Part shown: positions 18,312-28,196 of the stretch, piece by piece
Position numbering within the stretch: position 1 is the stretch's first letter
Layout: the number at the start of each line of letters is the position of its first letter
Notes under the pieces: generated by a model
The model's database searches: none
The model's input: only the letters and a program-made list of their open reading frames with translations
Told to the model about the DNA's origin: nothing
Position numbers and translations under genes: made by a program
Origin: Dehalococcoidia bacterium
Lineage (GTDB): Bacteria; Chloroflexota; Dehalococcoidia; WHTO01
Reading direction: 5' to 3'
Length of the DNA stretch: 33,242 nt
Assembly (NCBI GenBank): GCA_009377665.1
Contig: WHTO01000002.1
Span: 1 to 33,242, forward strand

Positions 18312-18355
18312 CCGCTGCTATACTTGCCGAAAGGTCGACCGGACCCGAACAACCT

Positions 18356-18889
18356 ATGTCCCTAGACACGATCACGGATAACTGGCAACGACTGGTCGCT
18401 GTTGGCGTCGGCTACGCCCTCCTCATCTGGTTGGCGATGGCCGTCTGGGCGCTGCGCGATATCCGCGATCGCACCCGCGATCCGGTCGCCCAGGTCCTCT
18501 CGGTCCTCCTCGTCCTTGTTTTCAACTTTCCCGGGCTTCTGATCTACCTCATAGTTCGCCCACGCGAGACCCTCGCCGAGGTCTACGAACGCTCGCTGGA
18601 GGAGGAGGCCCTGCTCCAGGAGCTCGAGGATCAGCGCGCCTGTCCCAGCTGCAAGCGGCGGGTACAGGAAGAGTTCATCGTCTGCCCGTACTGCGAGTTC
18701 CAGCTCAAAGAGTCCTGCGCCAATTGCGAGAAACCGCTGAGCCACAACTGGGCCGCGTGCCCTTACTGCGGCCGGTCGCGGCGCGCCGGGGCAGGCGAAC
18801 GCAGGCCACGAGCAGCCCGGTCTTCGGCGGCGCCCGTTTCCCCTGCCACCACCGCCCCGCTGGTCGAGATGCAGCGCGAAGCGCACTAG
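18356..18889 (+). CDS. Membrane-anchored double zinc-ribbon protein
   Basis: Two to three TM segments ending GLLIYLIVRP, then CPSC, CPYC, CANC, CPYC. Confidence 0.85.
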   Translation: MSLDTITDNWQRLVAVGVGYALLIWLAMAVWALRDIRDRTRDPVAQVLSVLLVLVFNFPGLLIYLIVRPRETLAEVYERSLEEEALLQELEDQRACPSCKRRVQEEFIVCPYCEFQLKESCANCEKPLSHNWAACPYCGRSRRAGAGERRPRAARSSAAPVSPATTAPLVEMQREAH

Positions 18890-18966
18890 CCCTCGCACGC
18901 CCACACGCCCGTCCCAGGACCTGGTCCCACTCCCCGTACCTCTTGCAATCAGCCGCGGACTGCGCT

Positions 18967-19803
18967 TCAGCGCAGCAGGGCTTCCGGGTCGATGTGGGCC
19001 ATGATGCTCGCCGCCCGTTCAACCTGCTTCAGGCTGCGCGGCGGGCCGGGGGCAAAGGTGGTCTCGATGCGCTGGACCGTCGGGAAGGTCGTCTCCCGCG
19101 TGATTGCCAGCGGTGTGGAAGCGGCCGCCGCTCGCTCCGCGACGTAGCCGAGCGGCTCGTCGCCTCCGGTGATAACCAGGAGCGTGGTATTGCCGGCGAG
19201 AGCCGACAGCGCGAGCTCGGGCTTGTCGTCGCGGCAGACGACGACGGCGTGGTCGGCGCCTCCGAAGTAAAGGCGGCCCGTGTCGTGCGCGATGGGAGCG
19301 ATCAGGAGGTCCTCACAGAGAGCCTCCTGCTTCCCGTCAATGAACCGCACCGTCGTCTCCGCCGGCAGAGCCGCCAGCACCCGGCTGACCGTCGGCGCCA
19401 TCAGCAACCTGTCGCCGCGGAAACCGGAAACGTCGATCTCCCCGGCGAACCGCTCGGGAGCGATCGGGAGATGGGCCGCCGCACTCCCCGCCACGACGAC
19501 GACCGCGTCGAGCTTCTCGACCGTCTCGCCGATGGCATCATCGGCGGGCACATCCGCCACGATGACGGCCGAGCCCAGGTCGCCCAGCATGGATGCCGCC
19601 TGCGAAAGGCCCAAAGGATTGACGCCAATGCCGTACGGCAATCCGCCGTAGAAAGCGGCGGTTCGCGCCGTTCCCGGGTCGTTCGCGGAGCCCATCGTCA
19701 GCAGCAACGCCTCCCTGCCCACGAGGTGTAAGCGGTGGGCGATGGCTGCCGCGAGCGTCGTGCGCTCGATGTCGGGCCCGGTAACAACAATCGAACGGGG
19801 CAT
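18967..19803 (-). CDS. Stand-alone DRTGG-domain protein (Pta N-terminal-like), degenerate
   Basis: AVVVCRDDKPELALSAL...LLVITGG...YVAERA...TTFPTVQRIE pattern; degenerate P-loop at the N-terminus. Confidence 0.7.
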   Translation of the reverse strand: MPRSIVVTGPDIERTTLAAAIAHRLHLVGREALLLTMGSANDPGTARTAAFYGGLPYGIGVNPLGLSQAASMLGDLGSAVIVADVPADDAIGETVEKLDAVVVVAGSAAAHLPIAPERFAGEIDVSGFRGDRLLMAPTVSRVLAALPAETTVRFIDGKQEALCEDLLIAPIAHDTGRLYFGGADHAVVVCRDDKPELALSALAGNTTLLVITGGDEPLGYVAERAAAASTPLAITRETTFPTVQRIETTFAPGPPRSLKQVERAASIMAHIDPEALLR

Positions 19804-19882
19804 CGACTGGAATTATATCCGGCGTTCTCGGGGAGGGCAGGCAGGTTCTTCCTGCCGGAGCCGTTTGCTAGGCTTGTCGGGT

Positions 19883-19958
19883 GCCGAGGTAGCTCAGTCG
19901 GTAGAGCACGCGGCTGAAAACTGCGGTGTCGGCAGTTCGATTCTGCCCCTCGGCACCA
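19883..19958 (+). tRNA. tRNA-Phe(GAA)
   Basis: GCCGAGGTAGCTCAGTCGGTAGAGCA CGCGG-CTGAAAA-CTGCG GTGTCGGCAGTTCGATTCTGCCCCTCGGCACCA. Confidence 0.97.
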
Positions 19959-19968
19959 CTTCCCTTCT

Positions 19969-20688
19969 TCAGCCCTCAGCCGCCCGCCGCTCTCCGGCGG
20001 GCGCAGGCGCCCGCTGGGCACGGCGGTCGAGGACGTATCCGAAGCCGCGTACCGTCCTGATCGCTGGTGATACCAGCCCGACTTCCTGCAGCTTATTACG
20101 CAGGCGGCTGATCAGGACCTTCACCGGCTCGCGCGACACCTCGTCGGGAAGGGCGACGCCCTGCATCGCGTAGTACAGGTCGGGGTGGGATACTACCCGT
20201 CCCGGGTTCGCGGCGAGGTGCGCGAGCACCTTGAATTCACCAGGCGTCAGCCGAAGCTGCTGATTTGCGGCCGTCGCTTCTCTCCGCGTCACATCCAGCT
20301 CCAGTGAGCCCACTTTGATCTGGTCGGCCTCCTGTGGGCGCGACCGGCGCAGCAGCGCGCGCAACTGCGCGGTGACGTGCGCGGGTCGGGCGCCGGCGGC
20401 AATGTGGACGTCGGCGCCCTCCTCGAGGGCGGCTATCGCCGGGCCCACCCCGTCGCCGCCGCAGGCGAGGACAATCGCGTCGGGGCTGGTACTACGGAAA
20501 CGCTGGATCACCTCGAGGCCGCGCTCCGTGTCGCTGGACAGGTCCACGACGAGAACGCGCAGGCCTTTGAGGGAATCCCCTTCGGGCTGCTGGACCTCGC
20601 GGAGGCGCAGCTGCAAAGGCTCAAGCGCTCTCTCCAGGACCTTTCGGGTTTCGTCGCCGACGGCAAAGACCGCCGCTTCCCCAACCAT
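19969..20688 (-). CDS. OmpR/PhoB-family response regulator with atypical receiver domain
   Basis: Winged-helix LTPGEFKVL...ISRLRNKL...IRTVRGFGY. The receiver keeps VVDL but lacks the conserved Thr/Ser and Lys-Pro. ATG at 20688 preferred over GTG at 20727. Confidence 0.85.
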   Translation of the reverse strand: MVGEAAVFAVGDETRKVLERALEPLQLRLREVQQPEGDSLKGLRVLVVDLSSDTERGLEVIQRFRSTSPDAIVLACGGDGVGPAIAALEEGADVHIAAGARPAHVTAQLRALLRRSRPQEADQIKVGSLELDVTRREATAANQQLRLTPGEFKVLAHLAANPGRVVSHPDLYYAMQGVALPDEVSREPVKVLISRLRNKLQEVGLVSPAIRTVRGFGYVLDRRAQRAPAPAGERRAAEG

Positions 20689-20751
20689 TACCTGCAAGTA
20701 TGGTGTCAGTTTTTGACTTCTCGCCACTAGAGCCGCGTCACGAGCGCGCGC

Positions 20752-23700
20752 TCAGCTCCCTGGTTCAACGGCGAGCGCCTGCCCCGGAGCCCGTGTGAGC
20801 AACTCTCTTCCGCCGTCGGCCAGGCCAGGTCCTGCCAGCGAAACGCCGACCCCAGGACGCGCAAAGTGGAAGAGGAACTCGGCGATTGGCAGGCCTGTCA
20901 CCTGTTCGCAGGCCAGCGCGTAGACCATCGCCTGCGGCGCGTAGCGCTGGGCTCGCGCCTCAGTATCGGCGGCAGCGACGTTGTCTGACTTGACGTCGAC
21001 GAGGACCAGTCCGGCGTCCTCGCGAAAGAGGAGGTCCATCGCGCCTTCGACGAGGCCGCCGTCGAACGGAAAGGCAAACGGCACCTCACGCCACACCTGC
21101 GCCGAGCGCAGCGCCCTCTCCATCAAGGGGGAACGCAGCGTCGAGCGCAGCATCGCCGAGAGCTCCGGCCGGCGATCCTCGACCTCGTAGTCCGCGGCCA
21201 CGGCCTCAACCAGGGCGTCGAGCCCCCGGTCGTCCCAGTGGCGCAGGTCTACCCGCTCCAACGCCGCGTGAAGCGCGCTGCCGAGGCGAATCGCCGACGA
21301 CGCCGGGGTCCGCGACAGGGGTTCGGCCCCGCCGTCGAACCTGACAAGGCTGGTTGCCGTCCAGATGGAGCGATGGGGCATGGCCGTTAGCAGCTCCGCG
21401 CGCCGCTGCTCCCAGGCGGCCCTTCCGGCCACGAGCCGCGCCGCCGCGTCCGCGTCGCTGGGTATCGGAGCCACGGCCGGCGGCTGGACTTGCTGGAGCC
21501 CGGATCTGTCGATGCCCGGCACGTCGTCGAGTCCCTTCCCCAGGTACCCGAGCCAGCAGCGCTCTACCTTCCCGCTGCGGAAGGCGCCGACCACCAGGTG
21601 GTCGCGGGCCCGGGTAGCCGCCACGTAGAGTTGCCTGACGCGCTCGGCATCGTCGCGCGCCTCCTCGTGCGGGGCGATCTCCGCGAACCGCGGCGTCGCG
21701 AACTCGGCTTTTCCCGAACTCCCCCGCCGCACGTGCAGCTCCTTGCCGACACGATCGGCGTACTCGCGGCTCGGGTTGTTGAGCGACCCTCCCAGGTTGG
21801 CAAGGATCACGATGGGAAACTCCAGGCCCTTCGCCGCGTGAATCGTATACAGGTTCACCTCCGTACCGGGGCTGTTGGGCACGTGCGCCGGGGCGTCGCC
21901 CTCGCGCGCGGCGCCGTCCCGGTTGGTTCGCAGCCAGCGCGTGAACCGATGCAGCGTCGCCGCGGTTTGCGCCTCGTACTGGCGCGACATCTGCGCGAGT
22001 TTTCGCAGGTTGGCCACGGCCTGCCTGCCCTGCCGGCGCAGCGTGTGCAGCTCGGTCAACCGCGATTCGCGCAGCGCCTCCTCCACCAGCGCCGACAGGC
22101 GCATGTCGTTACGCACCTGGTGCAGTCGCGCCAGGACCCGGTAGGCGTCCGTGATCGACGTGGGTGCTTCGGCGGGGGTGACGGCGGTGTAGTCGAAGGA
22201 GCCGCCCGCCACGCGGTGCGCCAGCAGATCCTCGTCGCTGACGCCGAAGACGTGCCGCAGAGTGGCTGCGACCGTGATCGAGTCCAGGGGGTTGTCGATG
22301 GCCAGGAGGAGCGCGATCGCGTCCTTTATCTCCTGGCGAACGTAGAAGAACGACCCACCCTCGTGACGATAGGTCAGTCCCTGGTCCCTGAAGACGGCCT
22401 CGTAGATGTGGAGCCCGGTCCGAGTCGGCATCAGGATCGCGATGTCGCTCGCCCGCGCCGGCCTGGTCTCCCGGTCGTCGGGGTCCTGCACCTGCCAGTT
22501 GCCTACGATCTTCTGCTGGATCAAAGCGGCGATGTGCTCCGCTTCCTGGCGCCTCATGCCATCGGCCCTCTCCTCCTTGTCGGGCGTGGTTGTGGGACGA
22601 AGCGCGGTCACCCCATCACCCTCGCCCCCGAGGGCAATGTCGCGGGTCTCGGAAGCAATGAGCGGAATGTAGTCGGCCTGCACCCCGGGCGCGCCGGTCA
22701 TCTGGGCTGCAAACGTCCCGTTCGCCCAGTCCACGATCCCTGGGCGGCAGCGAAAGTTCTGGCTGATCAGCAGCCGCCTGCCGCCGCGCTCGATTATCTG
22801 CCGCGCGTTCTCGTAAATGGCGATGTCCGCCCGGCGGAACCGATAGATGGACTGCTTGGGATCGCCGACTACGAACAGCTTGTCCGTCGCCAGCTCGACC
22901 TCGGTCCAGTCCGCCGCCGGCGTGCTTCCCTCTCGCTCGGCCAGGAAGAAGACGATCTCGACCTGCAGCGGGTCCGTATCCTGGAACTCGTCGACCAGGA
23001 TGTGCTTGAACCGCCGCTGAAAGTACCGCCGCACCTCGACACGCTCCTTCAGCAGCCGGCGCGCGAGCACGAGCAGGTCGTCGAAGTCCAGCTTCCCGGA
23101 ATCCCGGCGTCGTTTCTCGTACCAGGAAGGAAAGCCCTCCAACCACTGCATGAGCAGGACGAGGGCACCCGAGCAAAGTTCATTGCGGACGCGGTCGCGG
23201 GCCACCGTCAGCTCGCCGAAGACCTCCTTCTGGCGGGCGCAGTAGTCGGCTTCCCATTTCAGCTTGTTGCCCTTGTTTTTGAGGACGTCGCGATGGCCCG
23301 CGACTATGCGTTGCGCCTGCTCCCTGTCCGCCATCTGCAATCGCAGCAGGTAATCGGCGGCCTCGTCGATCTGGCGATAACCGAGGTCGCCGTGGTCGCG
23401 GCAGTGCGCCTGCATCTCCTGGAGCCGTGCCACGCCACCCGCCAGCTCCTGCCTGTAGGCATCAATGTCGGGCCGCGGCACGGGGGAATGGTTCAGTGGC
23501 AGCAGGTCACGCTGTTCGTTGATTCTCGCCGCCAGGTTCTTGATCCCGGAGAAGGGAAAGCCGAGCAGCAGCGCCCGCTCGACGGCCGTCGAGTCAGCCT
23601 CGAGCGCCGTCGCGAACCACTCCTCCCACGCCGCCTCGAAGTCCACCTTCATCGCCAGCTCGTCGAGGAGTTCGAACCGCGGGTCGATGCGCGCCTCGAC

Positions 23701-24084
23701 GGGTCTTTCCCTGAGTAGCGACTGGGCGAAGGCGTGGATCGTCTCAACGTGGGCGCGGTCGAGGTCGACCAGCGCCTCCTCGACCCGGCGCCGCTCGTCC
23801 TCGCTCCCTCCAGCGGCGAGCGCCTCCTCTAACCGGGCGCGGATGCGCACCCGCAACTCGGCAGCAGCAGCCTCCGTGAACGTTATGGCGACAATCTCGG
23901 TGATCCTGGCCTCGCCGCGGCTGACGATTGCCACCACCCGGTCGACCATCAGGCTCGTCTTACCGGTCCCGGCGGCCGCCTCGACGCAGACCGGCGTCGA
24001 GAACTCTCCGATGGCCAGGTCGCGCTCGCGCTGGTCCGCGGGCCTGCCCGGCTCAGGCCAGAGGCTCGACTGGAGGGCGCTCAA
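20752..24084 (-). CDS. addA: AddA-like UvrD-type helicase with C-terminal PD-(D/E)XK nuclease
   Basis: AAAGTGKT, ITFTEAAA, DEFQDT, VGDPKQSIYRFRRAD, TIHAAKGLEF, YVAATRARD; nuclease EGAMDLL...VDVKS...QAMVY. TTG start overlaps the upstream stop. Confidence 0.85.
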   Translation of the reverse strand: MSALQSSLWPEPGRPADQRERDLAIGEFSTPVCVEAAAGTGKTSLMVDRVVAIVSRGEARITEIVAITFTEAAAAELRVRIRARLEEALAAGGSEDERRRVEEALVDLDRAHVETIHAFAQSLLRERPVEARIDPRFELLDELAMKVDFEAAWEEWFATALEADSTAVERALLLGFPFSGIKNLAARINEQRDLLPLNHSPVPRPDIDAYRQELAGGVARLQEMQAHCRDHGDLGYRQIDEAADYLLRLQMADREQAQRIVAGHRDVLKNKGNKLKWEADYCARQKEVFGELTVARDRVRNELCSGALVLLMQWLEGFPSWYEKRRRDSGKLDFDDLLVLARRLLKERVEVRRYFQRRFKHILVDEFQDTDPLQVEIVFFLAEREGSTPAADWTEVELATDKLFVVGDPKQSIYRFRRADIAIYENARQIIERGGRRLLISQNFRCRPGIVDWANGTFAAQMTGAPGVQADYIPLIASETRDIALGGEGDGVTALRPTTTPDKEERADGMRRQEAEHIAALIQQKIVGNWQVQDPDDRETRPARASDIAILMPTRTGLHIYEAVFRDQGLTYRHEGGSFFYVRQEIKDAIALLLAIDNPLDSITVAATLRHVFGVSDEDLLAHRVAGGSFDYTAVTPAEAPTSITDAYRVLARLHQVRNDMRLSALVEEALRESRLTELHTLRRQGRQAVANLRKLAQMSRQYEAQTAATLHRFTRWLRTNRDGAAREGDAPAHVPNSPGTEVNLYTIHAAKGLEFPIVILANLGGSLNNPSREYADRVGKELHVRRGSSGKAEFATPRFAEIAPHEEARDDAERVRQLYVAATRARDHLVVGAFRSGKVERCWLGYLGKGLDDVPGIDRSGLQQVQPPAVAPIPSDADAAARLVAGRAAWEQRRAELLTAMPHRSIWTATSLVRFDGGAEPLSRTPASSAIRLGSALHAALERVDLRHWDDRGLDALVEAVAADYEVEDRRPELSAMLRSTLRSPLMERALRSAQVWREVPFAFPFDGGLVEGAMDLLFREDAGLVLVDVKSDNVAAADTEARAQRYAPQAMVYALACEQVTGLPIAEFLFHFARPGVGVSLAGPGLADGGRELLTRAPGQALAVEPGS

Positions 24085-27000
24085 TCGATGCCTCTCATCT
24101 CGTCGATTGCCAGCCGCCCCGACCCCGCGCTCTTGCGCTCCTCGTCGGTAGCCACGCTGACGGCGCAAGCGTGCTTGAAATCGCAGAACTGGCAGTTATC
24201 GCCGCGCTTGTTTCGCGGTGTCCCTGTTCGAGGCACGAAGACCCCGCTCCTGGCCGACCGTGCGAGAAGGTCTATGATCCGGTCGAAGTCGTGCCTGCGG
24301 GCGCCCAGCGAAGCGCCCGAAAGCGTCACCACATTGGTCTTGGCCTCGCGATTGATGTGGCGATAGCTGGCGTCGACATCCTCCTCCGAGATGCCGAGCG
24401 CGTTCGCGGTCGCTATCAGGTAGACGGGGAGCTGCACCTGGCGGCCGCCCTCGAACGAGGCGTCTGGGCCTTTCGTTGTGGCTGTCGTGCGCCCCGACTT
24501 GTAATCGATTACACGGGCGGCGTCGGGGCTGCGGTCGATGCGGTCGATTCGACCCTGGATTCGAAAGATGACCCCTTCCTCCGTCTCAAGCAGCAACGGA
24601 TCCTGCCGCGAGCCAAAGGGATACTCCAGCGCATATGGGACGAAACGCTCCCCCGCGTCCGCCAGCTCCTCCTCCAGGAATCGCTCCAGGTCCTCCAGCA
24701 AGATCCTCTGGTTCGCCTTCCAACCGACGAACACGCCCGTCACGCCCTGCCTCTCGGCCGCCTCGAACTCGATGCGCGCCGCTTCGTGCAGCAGGTCCCC
24801 ATACTCGGCGCGGCGGTCGCGATCGAGCGGGAGCATCTTCAGTTCGATGAGGTTCTCGAAGAACCGCTGCAGGATGGCGTGGACGATGTTGCCTCGGTCC
24901 AGCGGAGAGAGCTCGGTGATCAGCTCCGGATCGTCGATCTCCTCAAGGCCCAGCAGGTGGCGCATGAAGAAGCGCTGGGGGCAGGTGGCGTAAGCTTCCA
25001 GAGCGGACGCTGACAACACCGCCCGGTCGAAGTGACTGGTGAGCGCTGGCACAACCGACGAGCCGGCAAGATTGCCGTCGTAGACCGTCAGCGCCGCGCT
25101 GGCGCGCGCCGCGTATCCCGCCTTCATGCGCCCGAAATGGGCGCTGACCTGTGATAGGTAGGCGACCGCGTCCTGGCGCGGCGCCGTGCGGGCGACCCGG
25201 ATGTCGTACTCGGCGACCGTCAACGCGTCGTCGTCAGGCACCAGCGGGTCCGGCTCACCCGGGGGTATCCCGCCGCTCTCCAGGCCAACTGACGACCGCT
25301 TGAGCGCCAGGTAGAACGCCGACGGATGCCGCGTCCGCGGCTTGTTCTCATCGAAGAGCGGGTAAGAGGCATAGAGCCTGCCGGCAGAACCAACAAGGTT
25401 GGAGAACAGCAGCCTCTCCTCCTCCAGGCCCAGCGCGGCGCGCGGGAGCCAGCGCTCCGTCGGCCTTGCCGACAATCGAGCGCGCTCGCCCTCGAGCAGC
25501 AGCGAGTCCTGGCGCTGCGGCGCCGGGAAGCTGCGCTCGGCCAGGCCGATGACGAACACGTGCTCGAACGCCGCCCCGCGCATGCTCCTGGGCTGCCCGA
25601 CAAAGATGTGGCCTCCCCCGAGGTGGCCGCGCTGGACGGCGAGGTCCTCGAGATACAGCCGCACCGTCTCGCTGAAGCGTTCAAACGCCAGCGGCGAGGC
25701 AATCGCGTCCAGGCGAGCCACGTGCTCCAGCGCCCGCTGGCAGGCCTCGTAACCATCGGCATGATCGAGGTAGCGGTCGGCCACCGCGATGACAGCCGCC
25801 ACGTGTTCGCTGTAGGTGCGGTCGTCGGCGAGCACGCCCAGGTCGCCGACGAAACGTTCGATGAAGGCTCGCAGCCTGCTTGCGTCTTCCACCTGGCGCT
25901 CCAGGGCTTCGCGGGAACTCTCATCAGCCCGCTCGAGCCGCCGCTTCACCTGCCGCTCGTATGCCTCTAGCCGCTCCTGCCACTGCTCCTGGCCGGCGAT
26001 GATGGCGGCGCGGCGCGTCAGCCACTCCCAGGTCTCGGGGCGGCCGCCCGCCAGCGATTCCAACGTCAACGGCGCATAGGTCGCGAACTCGACGATGTCG
26101 CTGCGCCTCAGGCCGGAGGCAACCAGCCCCAGCATCAAGAGCAGCGAGCGGCCCCAGCGCGTTTCCGCCGCCCGATCGCCATCGGCCTGGAAGAAACGCA
26201 GGCCGGCGGTCGAGAGCGCCTCGCCCAGCAGGCGCCCGTAGGGGTCCGCGCTGCGATAGACGATGGCAATGTCGTCGCAGCTGACGCCATCGCGAAGCAG
26301 CCCCAGCACACGACGGACCACGTGTTGGACCTCGCCGATTTCGTCGGGCGCCTCCACCAGCTCGATCGGTGCACCCGCCACCGGGTTGCGGGGCTCAACG
26401 AACAGCGACGCCGCGACCGTCTCCAGGGGCGTGCTGCCGCCGGCGAGCGCGTCGCGTTCGAAGCCATGACGGGCGAGCGACCCCAGCACGTGGGCGTTGT
26501 ACGATGAGCGACCGCACGCCTCGTCGGCCAACAGCGCCGTGACGTCCAACGTCGTCGCCAGCCGCGCCAGGGCCCCGGCCTGGAGCTCGGTGAAGTCGTG
26601 AAAGCCGTAGGCCACCATCCTGTCCGAGCCCAACCGGTCGGCCGCCTGCTCCGCCGAGTCGAGGGCGTTGCGAAACAGCTGCCGCACCGTCTGGTGGACC
26701 GCCTCGATCCGCTGTCCGGCCGCCTCGGCGACGGTGGCCAGGCTGAGGATGCGCTCGGCATCATATGGGCCGGCGGCATCCGTCCGGCGCACTCGCTCCG
26801 CAAGCGCCCGGAGGTCATCCGCGCTGACACCCGCGTTGGCAAGGTCGTCGATAACAGCCAGGAGCGCGCTGTGCAGGCCGGCATGGTCTGCCACTGCCTC
26901 GAAGTACCCTGGATGCTCCGCCAGCGTTTCCCTGATCGCCGCGAGCCACTCCAGCTCACCGGCCAGCGGACCGCTGCCGCCCATGGCCGTCAACTTGCGC

Positions 27001-27206
27001 AGCAACTCGACGAACGTCAGCAGGCGGACGTTGACGACCCCCTCGGACGCCAGCGCCAGCCGCCGCTGCAGGAGCAGGGCGACGAGGTAGCTGGGCACCA
27101 CGATGTTGACGGGGCCAAGCGGGTCAACAGCCCGCTGGCCGGCGATCTCCCGCTTCAACCAGTCGTCCAGCGCCGCGCGCGGGCCCGTGATGACGCGAGC
27201 GCTCAA
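24081..27206 (-). CDS. addB: AddB-like inactive-helicase / Fe-S PD-(D/E)XK nuclease subunit
   Basis: LSASALEAYATCP, GRIDRID, VIDYKSG, QLPVY, CQFCDFKHAC (four Fe-S Cys). No intact Walker A. Confidence 0.82.
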   Translation of the reverse strand: MSARVITGPRAALDDWLKREIAGQRAVDPLGPVNIVVPSYLVALLLQRRLALASEGVVNVRLLTFVELLRKLTAMGGSGPLAGELEWLAAIRETLAEHPGYFEAVADHAGLHSALLAVIDDLANAGVSADDLRALAERVRRTDAAGPYDAERILSLATVAEAAGQRIEAVHQTVRQLFRNALDSAEQAADRLGSDRMVAYGFHDFTELQAGALARLATTLDVTALLADEACGRSSYNAHVLGSLARHGFERDALAGGSTPLETVAASLFVEPRNPVAGAPIELVEAPDEIGEVQHVVRRVLGLLRDGVSCDDIAIVYRSADPYGRLLGEALSTAGLRFFQADGDRAAETRWGRSLLLMLGLVASGLRRSDIVEFATYAPLTLESLAGGRPETWEWLTRRAAIIAGQEQWQERLEAYERQVKRRLERADESSREALERQVEDASRLRAFIERFVGDLGVLADDRTYSEHVAAVIAVADRYLDHADGYEACQRALEHVARLDAIASPLAFERFSETVRLYLEDLAVQRGHLGGGHIFVGQPRSMRGAAFEHVFVIGLAERSFPAPQRQDSLLLEGERARLSARPTERWLPRAALGLEEERLLFSNLVGSAGRLYASYPLFDENKPRTRHPSAFYLALKRSSVGLESGGIPPGEPDPLVPDDDALTVAEYDIRVARTAPRQDAVAYLSQVSAHFGRMKAGYAARASAALTVYDGNLAGSSVVPALTSHFDRAVLSASALEAYATCPQRFFMRHLLGLEEIDDPELITELSPLDRGNIVHAILQRFFENLIELKMLPLDRDRRAEYGDLLHEAARIEFEAAERQGVTGVFVGWKANQRILLEDLERFLEEELADAGERFVPYALEYPFGSRQDPLLLETEEGVIFRIQGRIDRIDRSPDAARVIDYKSGRTTATTKGPDASFEGGRQVQLPVYLIATANALGISEEDVDASYRHINREAKTNVVTLSGASLGARRHDFDRIIDLLARSARSGVFVPRTGTPRNKRGDNCQFCDFKHACAVSVATDEERKSAGSGRLAIDEMRGID

Positions 27207-28162
27207 CTGTACATGCTCAGCGCCCGCCCGGCGTCGGCGGCAAACTGGTCTCGCAGCTCAGCCGGCATCAGCACCTCTACCTCTGGCCCCCAGCTCCGGA
27301 TCCACGAAGCCACCTCCACCGTGTCGCTCACCGTCAACCTGACGAGGTACGAGCCGTCGGGCTGCCTCTCGATCACCTGGCTGGGGTGCCACTGCGCCTC
27401 GAGCAGGCGCTCGGCCACGGCACGCGAGAAGCGCAGGATCACGTCCTTCTTCTCGCCGCCGATCCAGACGCCCCAGGCCGGGCCCAGGACCGATTCGATG
27501 CTGAAGTCGTCGGGCATCTCGAACGAGTAGGCGAGGAGCCGGGCCTCGTGCGCGCGCTCGATCTTGAAGACCCTGATCGACTTGTGCGTGTGCGAGAACC
27601 CGATCACATACGTCGAGAAGCCCGTCCCCGGCTCGATGAAATAAGGCTCCAAATCGACCTGCGACTCGTTGCCCCGCGCCGACCGATACGAGAAGCTCAC
27701 GCGGCGCGCCCGCGCCCAACCCTGCGTTAACACCCGCATGGTCTCCGAGAATGCCGGATTTGCCGCCCTGTCCGCAAGCGTCGTCACCGCCTCGGCGACC
27801 CTCCGCGCCATCGGCGCCGGCAGGATCTCGCCCAGCTTGCTCAGGCTCGTCAGCACGTCGGGGTCCTGTTCGTCCGTGTAGCGGGTGTACAGGCGCAGGG
27901 CCAGGTAGAGCGCCCGCGCCTCATCAACCGAGAGTCCGAGGGGCGCCAGGCGGGCGCTGCGGTCGACGCTGTAGCGGCCACCCTGGGCCAGCACCGGCAC
28001 GCCGAGCTCCGACTCGAGCACCGCCAGGTCGCGCTGGATCGTGCGCTGCCCGACGCCCAGCATCCTCGCCAGTTCGCTCGTCGAATAGCCACGAGGCGAA
28101 CGGTACAGTATTTCGTTGAGCCTTTGCAGGCGGGCGGCGCGGCGCGCAGGTTCGGCAACCAT
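27203..28162 (-). CDS. HTH-WYL-WCX transcriptional regulator (DriD/PafC/YafY-like)
   Basis: HTH ELARMLGVGQRTIQRDL; WYL domain FSYRS...LEPY...TYVIG...IRVFKIER; WCX WHPSQ...WIRSWGPEVEVLMPAELR. SD GAGGAG before ATG at 28162. Confidence 0.93.
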   Translation of the reverse strand: MVAEPARRAARLQRLNEILYRSPRGYSTSELARMLGVGQRTIQRDLAVLESELGVPVLAQGGRYSVDRSARLAPLGLSVDEARALYLALRLYTRYTDEQDPDVLTSLSKLGEILPAPMARRVAEAVTTLADRAANPAFSETMRVLTQGWARARRVSFSYRSARGNESQVDLEPYFIEPGTGFSTYVIGFSHTHKSIRVFKIERAHEARLLAYSFEMPDDFSIESVLGPAWGVWIGGEKKDVILRFSRAVAERLLEAQWHPSQVIERQPDGSYLVRLTVSDTVEVASWIRSWGPEVEVLMPAELRDQFAADAGRALSMYS

Positions 28163-28196
28163 CGAGTACTCCTCAGCTTTTCCCGTCAGTGATGCC

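Noticed and set aside
14493-19958. tRNA-anchored genomic island
   Set aside because: No integrase and no duplicated tRNA 3' end seen; flanking genes look chromosomal.
21490-23718. 742-aa plus-strand ORF
   Set aside because: Entirely antisense to addA with no recognisable motifs; a typical high-GC shadow ORF.
24081-25020. Cas4-like Fe-S nuclease next to a WYL gene, suggesting a CRISPR-Cas locus
   Set aside because: The domain is the C-terminus of a 1041-aa AddB-like protein paired with AddA, and no array or other cas genes are present.
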